Below the pieces are notes generated by a model that was not told the origin of the DNA, searched no databases, and saw only the letters and a list, made by a program, of their open reading frames with translations. The translations under genes and the position numbers were made by a program. A stretch of DNA of 64,000 bases from Yuukianura sp. NJ FZ-2021 (Eukaryota). Location: the NCBI GenBank assembly GCA_046563655.1, contig CM102289.1, positions 5,828,001 to 5,892,000 on the forward strand. Direction: 5' to 3'. Of the stretch, positions 52,101 to 64,000 are shown piece by piece; position 1 is the stretch's first letter, and every line of letters starts with the position of its first letter.

Positions 52101-54799
52101 TCAAGACGTTGATAGGTCTTTGCGACAGACTTGGACCACAAGGGCGTGGTCACATTTCGTTTTTGATCAAGGAGATGATTACGGTTAAGAAATTGCATGT
52201 CAACGAACTGAAGGTATTGATTTTTGTATCATTACAATTTTCCATGCGAAGTTAAAATGTTCTATGATTTTCACAACTATTTCAAGGTCTTGTGGGACAT
52301 TGTTAGCTTGCGGGTTCCTAATCTCGGAGAACACGAATCTAAAATTGCTCTTTACTTGCTATACGTTTGCGCAAAGTAAGAATTCAACTTTTGATTTGAA
52401 CTTTCAAGTATATAAATCCTTCTGTTTAATGAATTTATAATAAATCTTTTAATCAGAGCTGACCGAGCTTTGGTGCAATCCCTGTACGAACCGCTGATGG
52501 AAGTAACACTTGGAGACCGTGGAATCAGAGACATGGAGTTTGCACATTTAGGTCTTATGACCTTATCGGAGTATATTGGACAGGAAAGCCGAGCAAAAGA
52601 CACTGGACTACAAGCTGTTAGGTAACGAATCTCTCCTGATACAAAAATATTATGAAATGGACTTTCTATTTTCGTTAATATTTATTTGTTACCATTCCAG
52701 ACTGCCGGCAGATGCGGAAATTTTCTCAAAGATCTCCAATATTATACAACACTGCCTCCATCCAGACACCCGTGAGCTAGTGGGTGAACACTATGCTGAT
52801 GTGGTTGAACTTGGAATCTCCATTATCTACAAATTCTCGCAAGTTCCTGCCCTCGTTATTTCCAAAATTGTTGAAAACAGTTTTCAATGGTTTTTTGGAA
52901 AAGCTATTGATACTTGCACCGCTGCGGCTGCTTCTGGACAAGGAGTATTTGAATTTGAAATGGAGGAAAAAGAAATGATTAGGTAATAAGTTTAAGGTGA
53001 TTTTTCAATCAAACGTTTAACTAAGAAGTTTCCTTTTTGCAGAGTTATGGTTCTTGCTGGAGCAATAACTGGTAATCACTCTAGCTACCACACAAAGACA
53101 ATTTTGGAAGAAGTAAAGAAACGGAAGACGTTGCGCCATATTGATGGAATCAGGTCGACGCCAACGAAACGACGCTTGCGTCGCTCTTTTGTGGAAAACT
53201 CAAGGCGTAAAACTCTGGGAAGCAACAGCAAAGCGGAATTTGGCGACACGATCCTGGAAGAGTCAATGCTCAAGGCAGAGAATGACGAGGTACATGCTTG
53301 TTAATAATTAATAATAATAATTATTTGTTAAAAACCTGGATTGATCATGTTCAAATACATACTGTTTTCTTAAGTTGGAACAAGTTGTCGGCCAAATTGG
53401 ATTCGATAAAGAAGTGGATGTGATCAAGAGTTACATGGATTCTCTACTTCAGGAGGGCGTCATTTCGTTCTACTGGTGCGGGAAAATTTCGAAGTTTTTT
53501 TTAATGTTTATTTATTTATTTTAATTTTTTTGTTTCTCTGCAGGAAGTTTGTGCAGCATGTATGCCGAAGATACAACAAAATTCAAAGTCCCAACCTTCG
53601 TGTTGCTACCATCCATCTCTTTGGACAGTGCATGTTGGTCGGTTCAAAGGCAATGGAAGTCGGTATTGAGGTATTACTTGAAATATTTTGTAGTATTTAA
53701 AAATGTCCAGTATTTCCATATGGTATTTTTCGTTTGTAGTTGTTTCCCAGGCTCTGGCAATACATCAAAGATCCCGCGGAGAAGTTGGAGATGATCACAA
53801 TGGCTATTCTACTCAACGACGCTTACCCAAATCAGATGCAGCAGTGCAACAAATACATCATTGCAGAGTAATTTTTTACTTTGATTTTTTGTCTATCAAT
53901 TCAAACCTTGATGAATCTGTTGTTGTGTTTTTTAAGCTTATCGTCGGAGCATAAGAGAGTTCGTCTCATGGTTCTTGATTTTGTGATTTTCCTTACACAA
54001 ACGGATATTCTCAAACTTCGAGACATTTTGGTGGAAACTGTTCTTTGCTTGGCTGATGAATCTGAGGAAATTCGAGGTAACTTTTCATTTGGAAACGTAG
54101 GGTTTAATATTATATTAATGCCTAGTACAAGCATTTCTTCTAATTTTGTGCAGAAGTCACCAAGAACTTCATGCGTGAGTGTCAGGAAAAAGATACAATG
54201 TTGCACAGTTCCGTTCCGGATATTATTTTTCGAACGTCAGATAACAAGAAAGTGCCTCGACCTAAGTTTCAAGAAATCATGAGGTAGAATTTAACCGAGA
54301 TACTTTTTGAAACATCTACGAATTGATTTTTTTTTTTTGCCATTTCAAGGGCTCTGCTTAGCCCTTTCAAGAAGACCTCAGACCTGGTTGGGATTGTGGA
54401 CAAGTTGATTGACCGATTTGGAAACATTGGACTGTCGGAAGAGAGTGCAGAAGACATTGCGTTCTGCTTGAGCTTGCTGTCCTTTGGCGAGAGAGCCTTC
54501 AAGATCATTGTGGAACGTGTGTCTATCTACGAGAAATTTATGTCCAATGACTTCATTTATGGATGTTTTCTGACCATCTTGGATAGCGTAAAGGAGAACT
54601 GCAAAACTGATGGAAAGGTAAATCACTTGTCGATAGAAGATTTTGGACTTACAATGCTGAACAGTTCAAGTGTTTTCAAATAATTCCAAATTCTAACTTA
54701 CAGAAGAGCGGAACACTGGAGAAGTTTAATGAGCGGTTGAAGGTAGCCAAAGAAAAATTTACTCACACTTCCGGCAACATTGCAAAAATCCAGTTTTGA
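49165..54799 (+). CDS. Condensin HEAT subunit, CAP-D2/Cnd1-like (divergent), many exons
   Basis: VRNAVLVVLIEIL, DFLCDVNSVIRSK, DRLLDSAVTTRKNA, TDILKLRDILVETVLCLAD, SVPDIIFRTSD and DIAFCLSLL are colinear with remembered NCAPD2 segments HDVNSFVRS, RLADKSVLVCKNA, KDMVKVKGQVSEMAVLLID, LLPDIISRLSD and DLAYCVSQL. Confidence 0.78.
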
Positions 54800-55159
54800 A
54801 AGGAACAATTTCTACATTTAACTTTCATACTTCTTTAAAAACTTTCAATAGAACTACATTTATTATACAGATTTTACTACTAACTTTTTCTATAAAGTAC
54901 TTTTTGTATCAGAGTATCGAAAAGCGCCAAGGATTGAATTAATGTCGCTGTCAGTGTTACTGAAAGCCATGATTTTATACTTCTTGGGCTTTCGATTACT
55001 CCTGGAAATTGTATCACAATAAACCCTATAACTTGAGCTGCTTTTTAAGGTAAGCAAGATACTTGTGGGAGTTAGAAGGTCATTTGTAATTTCAAATTTC
55101 ATGGGAAGATGTATTGACCTTTGACCTCAAATTTTTGGGAAACTAGAAACCCCTCAAAG

Positions 55160-58100
55160 TTAGAAAATTTTTGACATCCAAATTATATTAACACTTCCAC
55201 CACGGTTTTTTAGGCACCGTGGTATCTTCAATGTTGATTTGAGCTTTTGTAAAATTGAGAAATACTTGTTCTAAACTAGTCTGTCCTACGGAGTATGCGT
55301 CAAGGTTGAACTGCTCTTTGGCAATCTCCATTTTCTCAAACATTTGACCCCAAGTGACATCCGGAGATGGGAGGACGTGGTAGTGGACAAATCCAGGATG
55401 GATGTCTTTTAATACTGAAGCTGTAAGTAGACAAAATTTAAAAATGGATTAAGTATGAAAATTTTAATTGAAATTAACTTAGACTTTTGTTGTAATTTGC
55501 AGAATAACTTACTGGGAAACGACTGTTCGATGAAGGCTCTCAGACCATCCAAGTCCTTTTCCCATTTTTGTGCAGATTTAATTTGTCTGAGGATCCTGGA
55601 CGAACTGCGTCTGCGCCCGGATTCCTATGGAGTAGGTAAATTTTGAGTAAAAATTCTACTAATTCTGACAAAACAAAACTTCTTACTTGTTTAGCTCGGT
55701 CGAAACCTTCTCCAAGATCTGGCGGAGATGCTTGAGCAATTAGAGTGTATCCTTCACCGAATTTATTTTTGAGATGCTGCGGTGAGCCAAGACAGCGGAA
55801 CTTCCCGTTGACCATGATAGCCAATTTGGTGCAAAGAGCTTCACACTCTTCCATGCTAGTTGGAAAAAGTAAATCAAGTATTATGCATGTAGAATAAAAA
55901 AAAATTGTATTCAATTTTTGTTGTTTTCAGTAGTCTCGAAATTTTTTACACTAACCTATGGGAGGTAAGGACAATGCTCGTTCCGGCGTCTCGGACGCTG
56001 GAGATGGCGTTCCAAAGATGTCTTCGTGCTACCGGGTCCATACCAGTCGTCGCTGCAAAGATAAGAAAAATTTAGCTCAAAATGAACTAAAACACCATTA
56101 TGTGCAAAAATTGGTCAATTTTAAATTTCTTTTATCTTACGTTCATCTAGAAAAACGATTGGTGGATTTCCAACAAGAGCCATGGCAGTGGACAGTTTCC
56201 GTTTGTTTCCACCGCTGTATGCTTTGACCTGCTTGTCAAGGTGTTTAGTAAAGATGAGGCTAGCTGCGAGGTCATCTGCAAGGTCATTGATACTTCCTTC
56301 TGGAATTCCTCTGAGACGAGCAAACATTCTCAGCGTCTCGCGTCCCGTCATTTCTCCAATAAGCCCATCAAACTGTGGACAGTATCCAAGGTTACTGTGA
56401 ACGTCTTTGATGTTAGTACGCACGCTGTGAGAATGGACAAAAGCGTTTCCAGAAGACACTGAAATGTCTCCAGTAAGCATCTTGAAGGTAGTTGTTTTTC
56501 CAGCACCGTTGACTCCCAGCAGACCGAAAGTTTGACCTCCTTGGATTCCAAGGTTCAAATGGTCAACGGCCATGAATTTGTCGTAATATTTGGTCAAGTC
56601 CCTGCAACGGAATTCAAAATTTTTTCAAAACGTAAGTTAAATCTTTAAAAGAAATTTTTTGGTTTTTTAATGTATTTTGACCTTTACAGGTCAAAGCTTA
56701 CCGTAAGATCAAATTGTCAGTCTTGAAAAGTTGATCCAAATTAGTTTTACGTATTCGTTCTTTTTCTGCAGTTACATCGCAATCCTCAACTGCAAGTTCC
56801 GCTAATTTTTTTTTAAGAAACAAAATCTTTTAGTAGTTGTTTAATTATTTGACGGTATTGTTCTTGAGCAATTTTTTACAGAAAAAGTTTAAGCAAAACC
56901 AATCACCTTCAATGGAATCCATTTTGATAATTGTGTTGTTAACTGTTAGTACAGGAGAGGATAGACGCTTAAAAACGGCTAACAAGCGTAAAGAAGGAAT
57001 GCGGCAATGAAAATTTAGTTAAAGGAGGAAGCCAATTTCAATTTTTCTACAATTTTTTTTTGAAGCGTTCTGAAAAAAATACCTTCAGTTTCATCCGAAT
57101 CGTCGACGACCTGGGATCCACGACGCCAAAAACAGAAAATTTTGACGAGAAGCTTACTGTCGTGTAGCAGTAGAACCAAAGTCGAAAAGATTCCAAGAGC
57201 TACTAAAGCGAACAGATTTTTCCCTATTCCTTTGGTGTCCCAATCCAAGTAGTTCTTTTTAACTGTGAAATCAAATATTCAAAATCAAACATTGTCTCTC
57301 ATAGGTTCAAATTTTGAATTTGTGGTTTTTGCCAAAACATACCCAAGTTACAGCAAAAAGTTTCAGGAAAAGATTCACAAATGTATTCAAGATTGAGATG
57401 TGAGCTGCATTGCTTGTTCAATTGATAATTTGTTGACAGGTCTACGATTCCCATTCCAAGAGCGAAGTTAGGAAAAATGAGGAAAATATTATTTAGCAAT
57501 CCAGAGACATGTCCAATTTGAAGTTCCGGAATTTGTGTAATGATGACTGTGAGCATACTGGCCATTCCTACAAATGCGCAGAATCATATCCAAACTGCGT
57601 TAGGTACGTTATGCAACAGCATTTCTAAAAGAATTTTGAAAAACTGAAGTTTTTACCTGTGAAAATGTTGTAGATGGCCATTCTAGTAAACCCTGATGCT
57701 GGAATTGTGAAGCAGTAGCTCCAGAGATACATGTATGGAATTGTCCCTGCGCAGTAGCACCCAAAAAGTATGAGCAAGTAGATCTGCATGTAGAAGTCAT
57801 AGAAATCTTCCACTTTAAACAGGATCAGAATTCCGCAGAGGCAAATACAAGGGATTCCGCACAGGATAACATCAACGACGTAATTGGCTAACCAGAAAAT
57901 TGGGAATTTGGCGCCAGAAACAAATTGAAGATGTTTGGACCGTGTCTCTCGTTCCGTAATGAGGAAAACTACAAAAGTAGCGGCCAATACTGACATTCCA
58001 AAGGCAATGTTGTAACCCACTTGAAATCCAATTGTGTACAGGTTGTTTTGTTGTTTGGATGCATCCAAGTTGGAGTACGGCAGAGGATGGTTGGAAACGG

Positions 58101-61100
58101 ACACGGTTGAATTTGTGAAACTTTGCAAAATGGCGTTTGTGATGAAATTTAAAGCTAGCGGTGGGGTGTGGAAGGGCTGATTGTTGAAGAATCCAACAAG
58201 TTCTGTTTTGTTTGGAGTTTCTTCGGAAGGACGCTCTTCAAATCCAACGATGTATCGAAAATTTACTCGAGGTAAGTCTTCCTCTTGCTAAAAATTTTGA
58301 AATTTTGAGTTACTTCTTTAGTTTTTTGTCTGTTTTAAACAGAACTCAGAACTTACAAGCTTGAGTATGTGATCAACGAAACTGGCTCCGTCTTTGGCTA
58401 GATCGAGTCGATGATTTTCGGATGAAACAAAGTCTTTGTAACCTTTACAAAATCGGCTTGACTCGTTACAGTAAATAGGTGTCACGGTTTCTCCAATATA
58501 TTCGTAGCGCTGAAACCAAAATTATACAATTTCAAAATTTTGAATTCACTACAACTGTAATAATCTTGGTAGCAAAAAATTTACGGAAAGTGTAAACGGA
58601 AGTTCCGGTGGATCCGTTAGTCCTGGAAGAGTTGAGAGGATTGCCAGGACTAAACTCAAATACAGAAGCGGTATTCCCATCTAAAATGCAAAAAAAAAAG
58701 GTTGAGCAGTTTTTACCATGAATTTGTTAGTCATTTTAGGTGACTGTTAAGATTTATAGCCTCGTATTGTATCTTGCATTGACCAATTTTTTTTTGTCAT
58801 CTTGTTTTCGTTACCTGCCCAATGAGCAAAACTCGATTTCTCATGGCGTAGATACATTTCTTGGCTAACATTGCTCGAAATTGTTGAATGACAAGAGTTA
58901 AGCCAGTGTTTCGAACAGTGTTTTCACGACTGTACAAATTAGTTTTCGAGTCGTTAACACTTTTCATTGACATTCGAAAGGCTTTAGCTTTTCCCTCTTC
59001 AACTTCTTCAATGGAATGTGTTCGTTCAAATTCTTCTGCAATTTTTCGATCTGCTTCTCTTCCTACTCGAATAAAAACTTCCTCCATAGTTGTAATTGAG
59101 GCTCCGTAAGAACCAATTTTAAGTTCCGTTTTTCTTGCTTCCAGTTCCGTAAACATTTCTGGAAACAGGTTTGACTTGGTATCTGGAAGGGAGTAACTCA
59201 ATTCAGCTCCAACGTCTTGGTCAATTTCGACATCCGGAATACGCGTTTTGAGCAAATTGGTGATATTTTCAACCTCACACCCAGCTTCTTTCACAATGAT
59301 CAAATGGTATCCTCCTCCTAAAATTTCAAAAGTTAAGTAAAAATTTTATGAAATCCATAAAAAAAAGTTATTTCTTTTGTGCGTACCGTATTTCTTTTTG
59401 AGGAACAAGCTGCTTCCGACACATTGTAGTTGCCCTTCAGCCATAATTGCAATTCTGTCTCCAAGCAAATCCGCCTCCTCCATAAAATGCGTCGAAAGTA
59501 AAATTGTTCTGTTTTTCTTTTCAGTTTGAATCAAGTCCCATGTAGAACGACGAGCTCCAGGGTCCATTCCACTAGTCGGTTCATCAAGTAGTACCACCTA
59601 TTGAAAAATTAGAACATATTAACGCACGATTTTAAAATTCCCATTACCCTAATATGCTTGAATTTGAAATTTTACTTTAGATCCACCACACAGGGCAATT
59701 CCAACGGAGAGTTTGCGTTTCATTCCACCGCTGAGCGTTTGAGACAAGGCTTGACGCTTGTCTTTAAGGCCCAGACAATTGACCATGCGCGTGATTTCAT
59801 TTTCAACTAAAATTTCTGGAAACCCCTTCATAAGGCAGAAGAATCGAATATGTTCTTCTACCGTGAGGTCATCAAACAAAATGTCATGTTGAGGGCAGAT
59901 GCCGAGACTGGACCGAACAGAGTCAATGTCACTACAAATGTCGTAGTTGTTGATGTAAGCAGTGCCACTGGATGGGGGGAAGAGGCCTGTTAGCATTGAC
60001 ATTGTCGTCGTTTTTCCTGCACCGTTGTGTCCTACAGAATTTTGTACATTTAAAATTTTGAACATCCATTTGAGAGAAACAAATATTCAGGCGTACCTAA
60101 GAGGGCCGTGATTTGATTTTCGTACATGTTCAAATGCATTTCCTTCACAGCCCATTTTTCACCAAAACGTTTTGAAAGGTTTGTAATTCTTATGCCCGCT
60201 TTTCCATTGGGTTCTGCTTGGAAGTAGCTTGATTCAACATCAGTTTTTCGCGGAGGTGCTTGCACCTTAGAGTGTCGAACTCCTTTAGTCCAGTACCATT
60301 TCTAAAGTTTTCAAAAAAGTTAATTTGATTATAGCAAAAAAAAAAAAATTGAATTTAATAAACAGGAAAATCTTTTGAAATTTCAAAAATTTTGAACTAT
60401 TTTACCGTAAACGGGAAGTACCATGGAAGTGGGACACCGTACTCTCCTAAAACATTCAAGGTAACACAAAATTATTATTTTTTAATTAGAGGACTTAATT
60501 AAAACTGGTTCAATTAACTTACCAGGCCACACCCCCTCAATGTACATTGCCAGGAGCATGTAGAGCACGCCATTGACGAACATCATCAAGATGCAGTCAA
60601 ATATGGCAAAGTTGTCGTCTGGTCCAGACCCTCGGAAAAACGATGACCACTGTAGTCCAGCTCCAGTTCCTTCAAACATGCAGAGGATTTGACACGCAAG
60701 CGCAATCGGAAGATTGGTCAACAGACAGCAGGAGAGCTTGACTCCGCGTGACAAGATGTTGTATCTCGGTTGAATGAAAAAGTAAGGGATGAAGAGGATG
60801 AACCACATAACTGCCGCTATAGTAGCCCCGGCGTTAGCTAAAACAAAAATTTATCAAACTCAAAATTTATTTTTTGAAATTGAAATTTTGAGTCTTACCA
60901 GTGTTTGTAAAAGTAGAAATTAGAAAGGCGTATGCGATGACTTGGAAGGAAAAGACGAGCAGAATCACGAAAAGAAGAGTCCCGTCCACTTCTGGTAAAA
61001 CAGATAGCGATCCAGACTTGAATTGTGTCTGAAACGTTTTAAAACAACTTTAAAAAAAACAATCGATTTTTATATTTTGTCTAATAGTTTTAACTTTGCT

Positions 61101-62564
61101 CACCTTAATTAATAGAGTCATCAGAATGACAGAGAGGATGAGAAAACTGAACGATTTGATGAACCAAGCCAACCAATGGAGATGATTTGGTAAGCCCATC
61201 ATTTTCATTGATTCCTGCAAAACAATTTTGTAAAAGTTTAACAAAGTTTACTAAAACAAGTTTGAGAAGTTTTTTTTAAAACAAAATGAAAACAAAATTG
61301 AATTTTTTTTTGTTGGAAAACTGACCTTAAGTTTCTTTTCCTTTTCGTACACGACGGACTTGGTGATGTTAAGAGCAGGGTAAATGAATGAAATCAACAT
61401 AAGCAGTGGAAGCCAAACTTGGAGGGCAAAGAGATACTTGTCTTCTAAAAATGGCGGATACGGAAATCGCTGAATTCGAACATCGTAGTTGTCCAAAATC
61501 GCAATTTGGTCAGGTTTCAGAAGCATCTTCGTCAGCGTTGTCTCTATGGCATGCTGGAGATAGAGAAATCCCTCGGAAGCATATCCTAACATAGAGATCA
61601 AATTCAGCTCGAGGTCAAGGGTCAATGAACTTTGTTAACAGCTTTGATTTTGAAACTGACCTGGAAGTCCGCCTTCTGGATTCCACCGTGACCTGGGTCC
61701 TAAAAATTGAAAAAGTGGAAACAGGATTTCTGTGAACCATGCCGGTTTGATCCCGAAGCGTTCACTGAGAATGTCAAATTCAGAGCGTTGTTGAGCAGGA
61801 AATCGTAGGGTGTACTAAAAATTTTGAAATTTAAAATTCAGAAATTCATAAAATTTTTCATCATTGACCACTTTTTCTAAATCCGTACCTTAATATCTTT
61901 TGGAAATTCATCTTTGCTAGGGAATTCATTTTTGAAAATAACTCCAGCCAAAACAGGGACGACTGCTTCCGACTCTGTTTTATTTGTTGTAACTTTCTGT
62001 GAAAGTTCTTCATATGCATACCATAAGTCTTCTTCCGTTGCAAATCCAGTAACTAATGTGCACAAAAGTGGGAAAAATTGTTAAAATTTTAAAACCGTTT
62101 TTGAAAAAGCTAAGAAAACTTACCTTTGTAACTCCAAGTTTCTTTGTCTAAAAATCCCTTGACAAGGTTTTGCATAAACTTATCCGTAACGTCATTCTTC
62201 GGCGAATAGTAAAGTTCGGAACTGTTTATAGAAAAATTTTGAATGTTGATGTAAAACTGTTTTAAAAAACTCTACGTTGTATTTTGAAAAGTAGATTTTT
62301 TCTGAAATTTGGAACTTACCATACAAATCTGACTACGTATGGAGGATAGTTGAGGTCAAGCGACTTGTAGATTGTGGGTGTCGTAACATGTTCGGCTTCA
62401 ACAACGTCTCGAACAATTACGAGCACAATTGTAAAAAGTAGAGGAATCAAAATTTCAACAATTGCTTGAATGTGATGTCTAACTTGAATTTTGTAATTTT
62501 TCCATAGCAGAAGTTTTAGTTTTTTCCATGTAGAACTGTTTTGACTATTGGCCAATATCGTGCT
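55160..62564 (-). CDS. ABC transporter subfamily A (ABCA3-like), full TMD-NBD x2; start codon not located
   Basis: [11 protein letters not shown]-terminal motif; [18 protein letters not shown]1 [29 protein letters not shown]2 [30 protein letters not shown] near the C-terminus. Confidence 0.95.
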
Positions 62565-64000
62565 GTAAAAAAATTACATTTTAATCGTCGTGTTAATTAA
62601 GTCCGCCTAAAGTTACAACGCTTGTAAATTAAACCAATTTGACAAGAAAGCTCAATGTCAACATTACAATTAGCGCATGTCCCCCCAAAGCATTTCTTTG
62701 ACAATAATTTGCACAAAAGTGTCAAAAAAATTGTTACGCAGCGATGTACAGACGATATAAATTGGAGATGCGAGTATTAAGTGTCTACGTGAGCATAGTT
62801 TGTGAATTTCATGCATATTGTTTTTAGGCCAATGAAATTTCGAAACTCGAGTTAATTAAAGTTCCATTTGCAAAAAACCTACTTTTATACTGAAGAGTAC
62901 ACTTTGAAAAATTACAAGGATAAGAAATGAACTTGGGCTCAATCTTTCCCAGGAATACACGCAATAATACACAAAAGTAAAAACTTAGCAAATTTGTATT
63001 ATGGGAAAAAATTGAAATTTAAATTCTAACAATCCACATCCTTCCAAAATAAAAACTTGTCCGAATAGGTTTGGTATGACTCAAGACAAATGTGGTATTA
63101 GATAAAATATATAATATTATTGATATACAATTATATAAATGTATGGTAATCTATTCCTTTATTCAATCTAATTAAGAATCAGCAAATCTACTGATACTGT
63201 ACATCCCCAAAAAAATTAATCATGATTGGTTGCTCATGCCTTTGTCGGTGGCTTGGCTTGGAACATTCAAATTGTACAAAAACAAGATTTTTCTTGGAAA
63301 TAAAATTGTCGAATATTTTTAAATTTAAACATTTTTTTTGCACTTCAAACTTGTGAGGAAAATGATGCTGGATTTCCCACATTATTTTCATCTTTCATAA
63401 CTACAAACTAAATTACCTGCACTCAGAAGGCTAGCTGCTATCCCTTGTTATTATTACATGCTATTATCCAGTTTTATTGCAAATAACCCCTTAGTCTTTC
63501 TTTCAAAAAAAATAAAATATTTTTTTAGCAAGTCTGCTGGTTTTTTAAGTTGCTCATGCACAAAATTGACTGGGTTTTCCGTAAAGTGAGCCAAGTTTAT
63601 CTGTAGCTCCACAAGAGGATCAACAGTGCAAAAACAAATGGGAATTTTATGCAATAGTCACGATCAGTTCTCAACACACGAATCATCTTTATGTCTCTAA
63701 TACTAAAACTTGACTTTGATTATTCATAGAACTTGCCTCTTCAATTACAAATGTCATGGGAAAATAGAAGCTTCCAAACTGGAAATACTCCTTTCTAGAT
63801 GCATGAAATCTTTTTTTTAGAAACAAAAGCTTGGAACATGAAACTTCTATTTTGCAAGTATAACAAACGCGTGGAGTTGATGCCAACATCGACAATTATG
63901 AACCTGGTTTGGTCTGCGCAATTTAAAAAATTAATTGTACAAAAAATATTATTAGGTTCGGACGTGCCTTGGTTGGAATCGATCATGCGCAAAAACAGAC

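Noticed and set aside
55200..55223. ACCACGGT...ACCGTGGT hairpin
   Set aside because: An 8-bp stem inside the last ABCA coding exon; consistent with chance.

Overview
AT-rich eukaryotic DNA with many short GT-AG introns. It is arthropod-like; a springtail-type hexapod is plausible, but that is inference. In order, the window holds: a multi-exon membrane-protein gene resembling only the N-terminal half of ZnT5/SLC30A5; a Cys-rich gene or pseudogene; an apparently full-length two-ORF LINE; an orphan 2-exon gene; two tandem animal type I FAS-like megasynthases (KS-AT-DH-ER-KR-ACP); a kraken/SERHL-type alpha/beta serine hydrolase head-to-head with an ACSF2-like acyl-CoA synthetase; Spt5; a ZAD-like/C2H2 zinc-finger gene; a divergent condensin CAP-D2-like gene; and an ABCA transporter. 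Both synthases stop right after the ACP, with no thioesterase, and carry unusual KS and AT active-site substitutions. Several palindromic non-autonomous DNA transposons sit in introns or between genes, one nested inside another. The strongest candidate for an undescribed system is the group of two TE-less FAS/PKS-like genes, a free-standing hydrolase and an acyl-CoA ligase, which may be an animal biosynthetic gene cluster. Family calls rest on remembered motifs, not database searches, and exon boundaries were read by eye.
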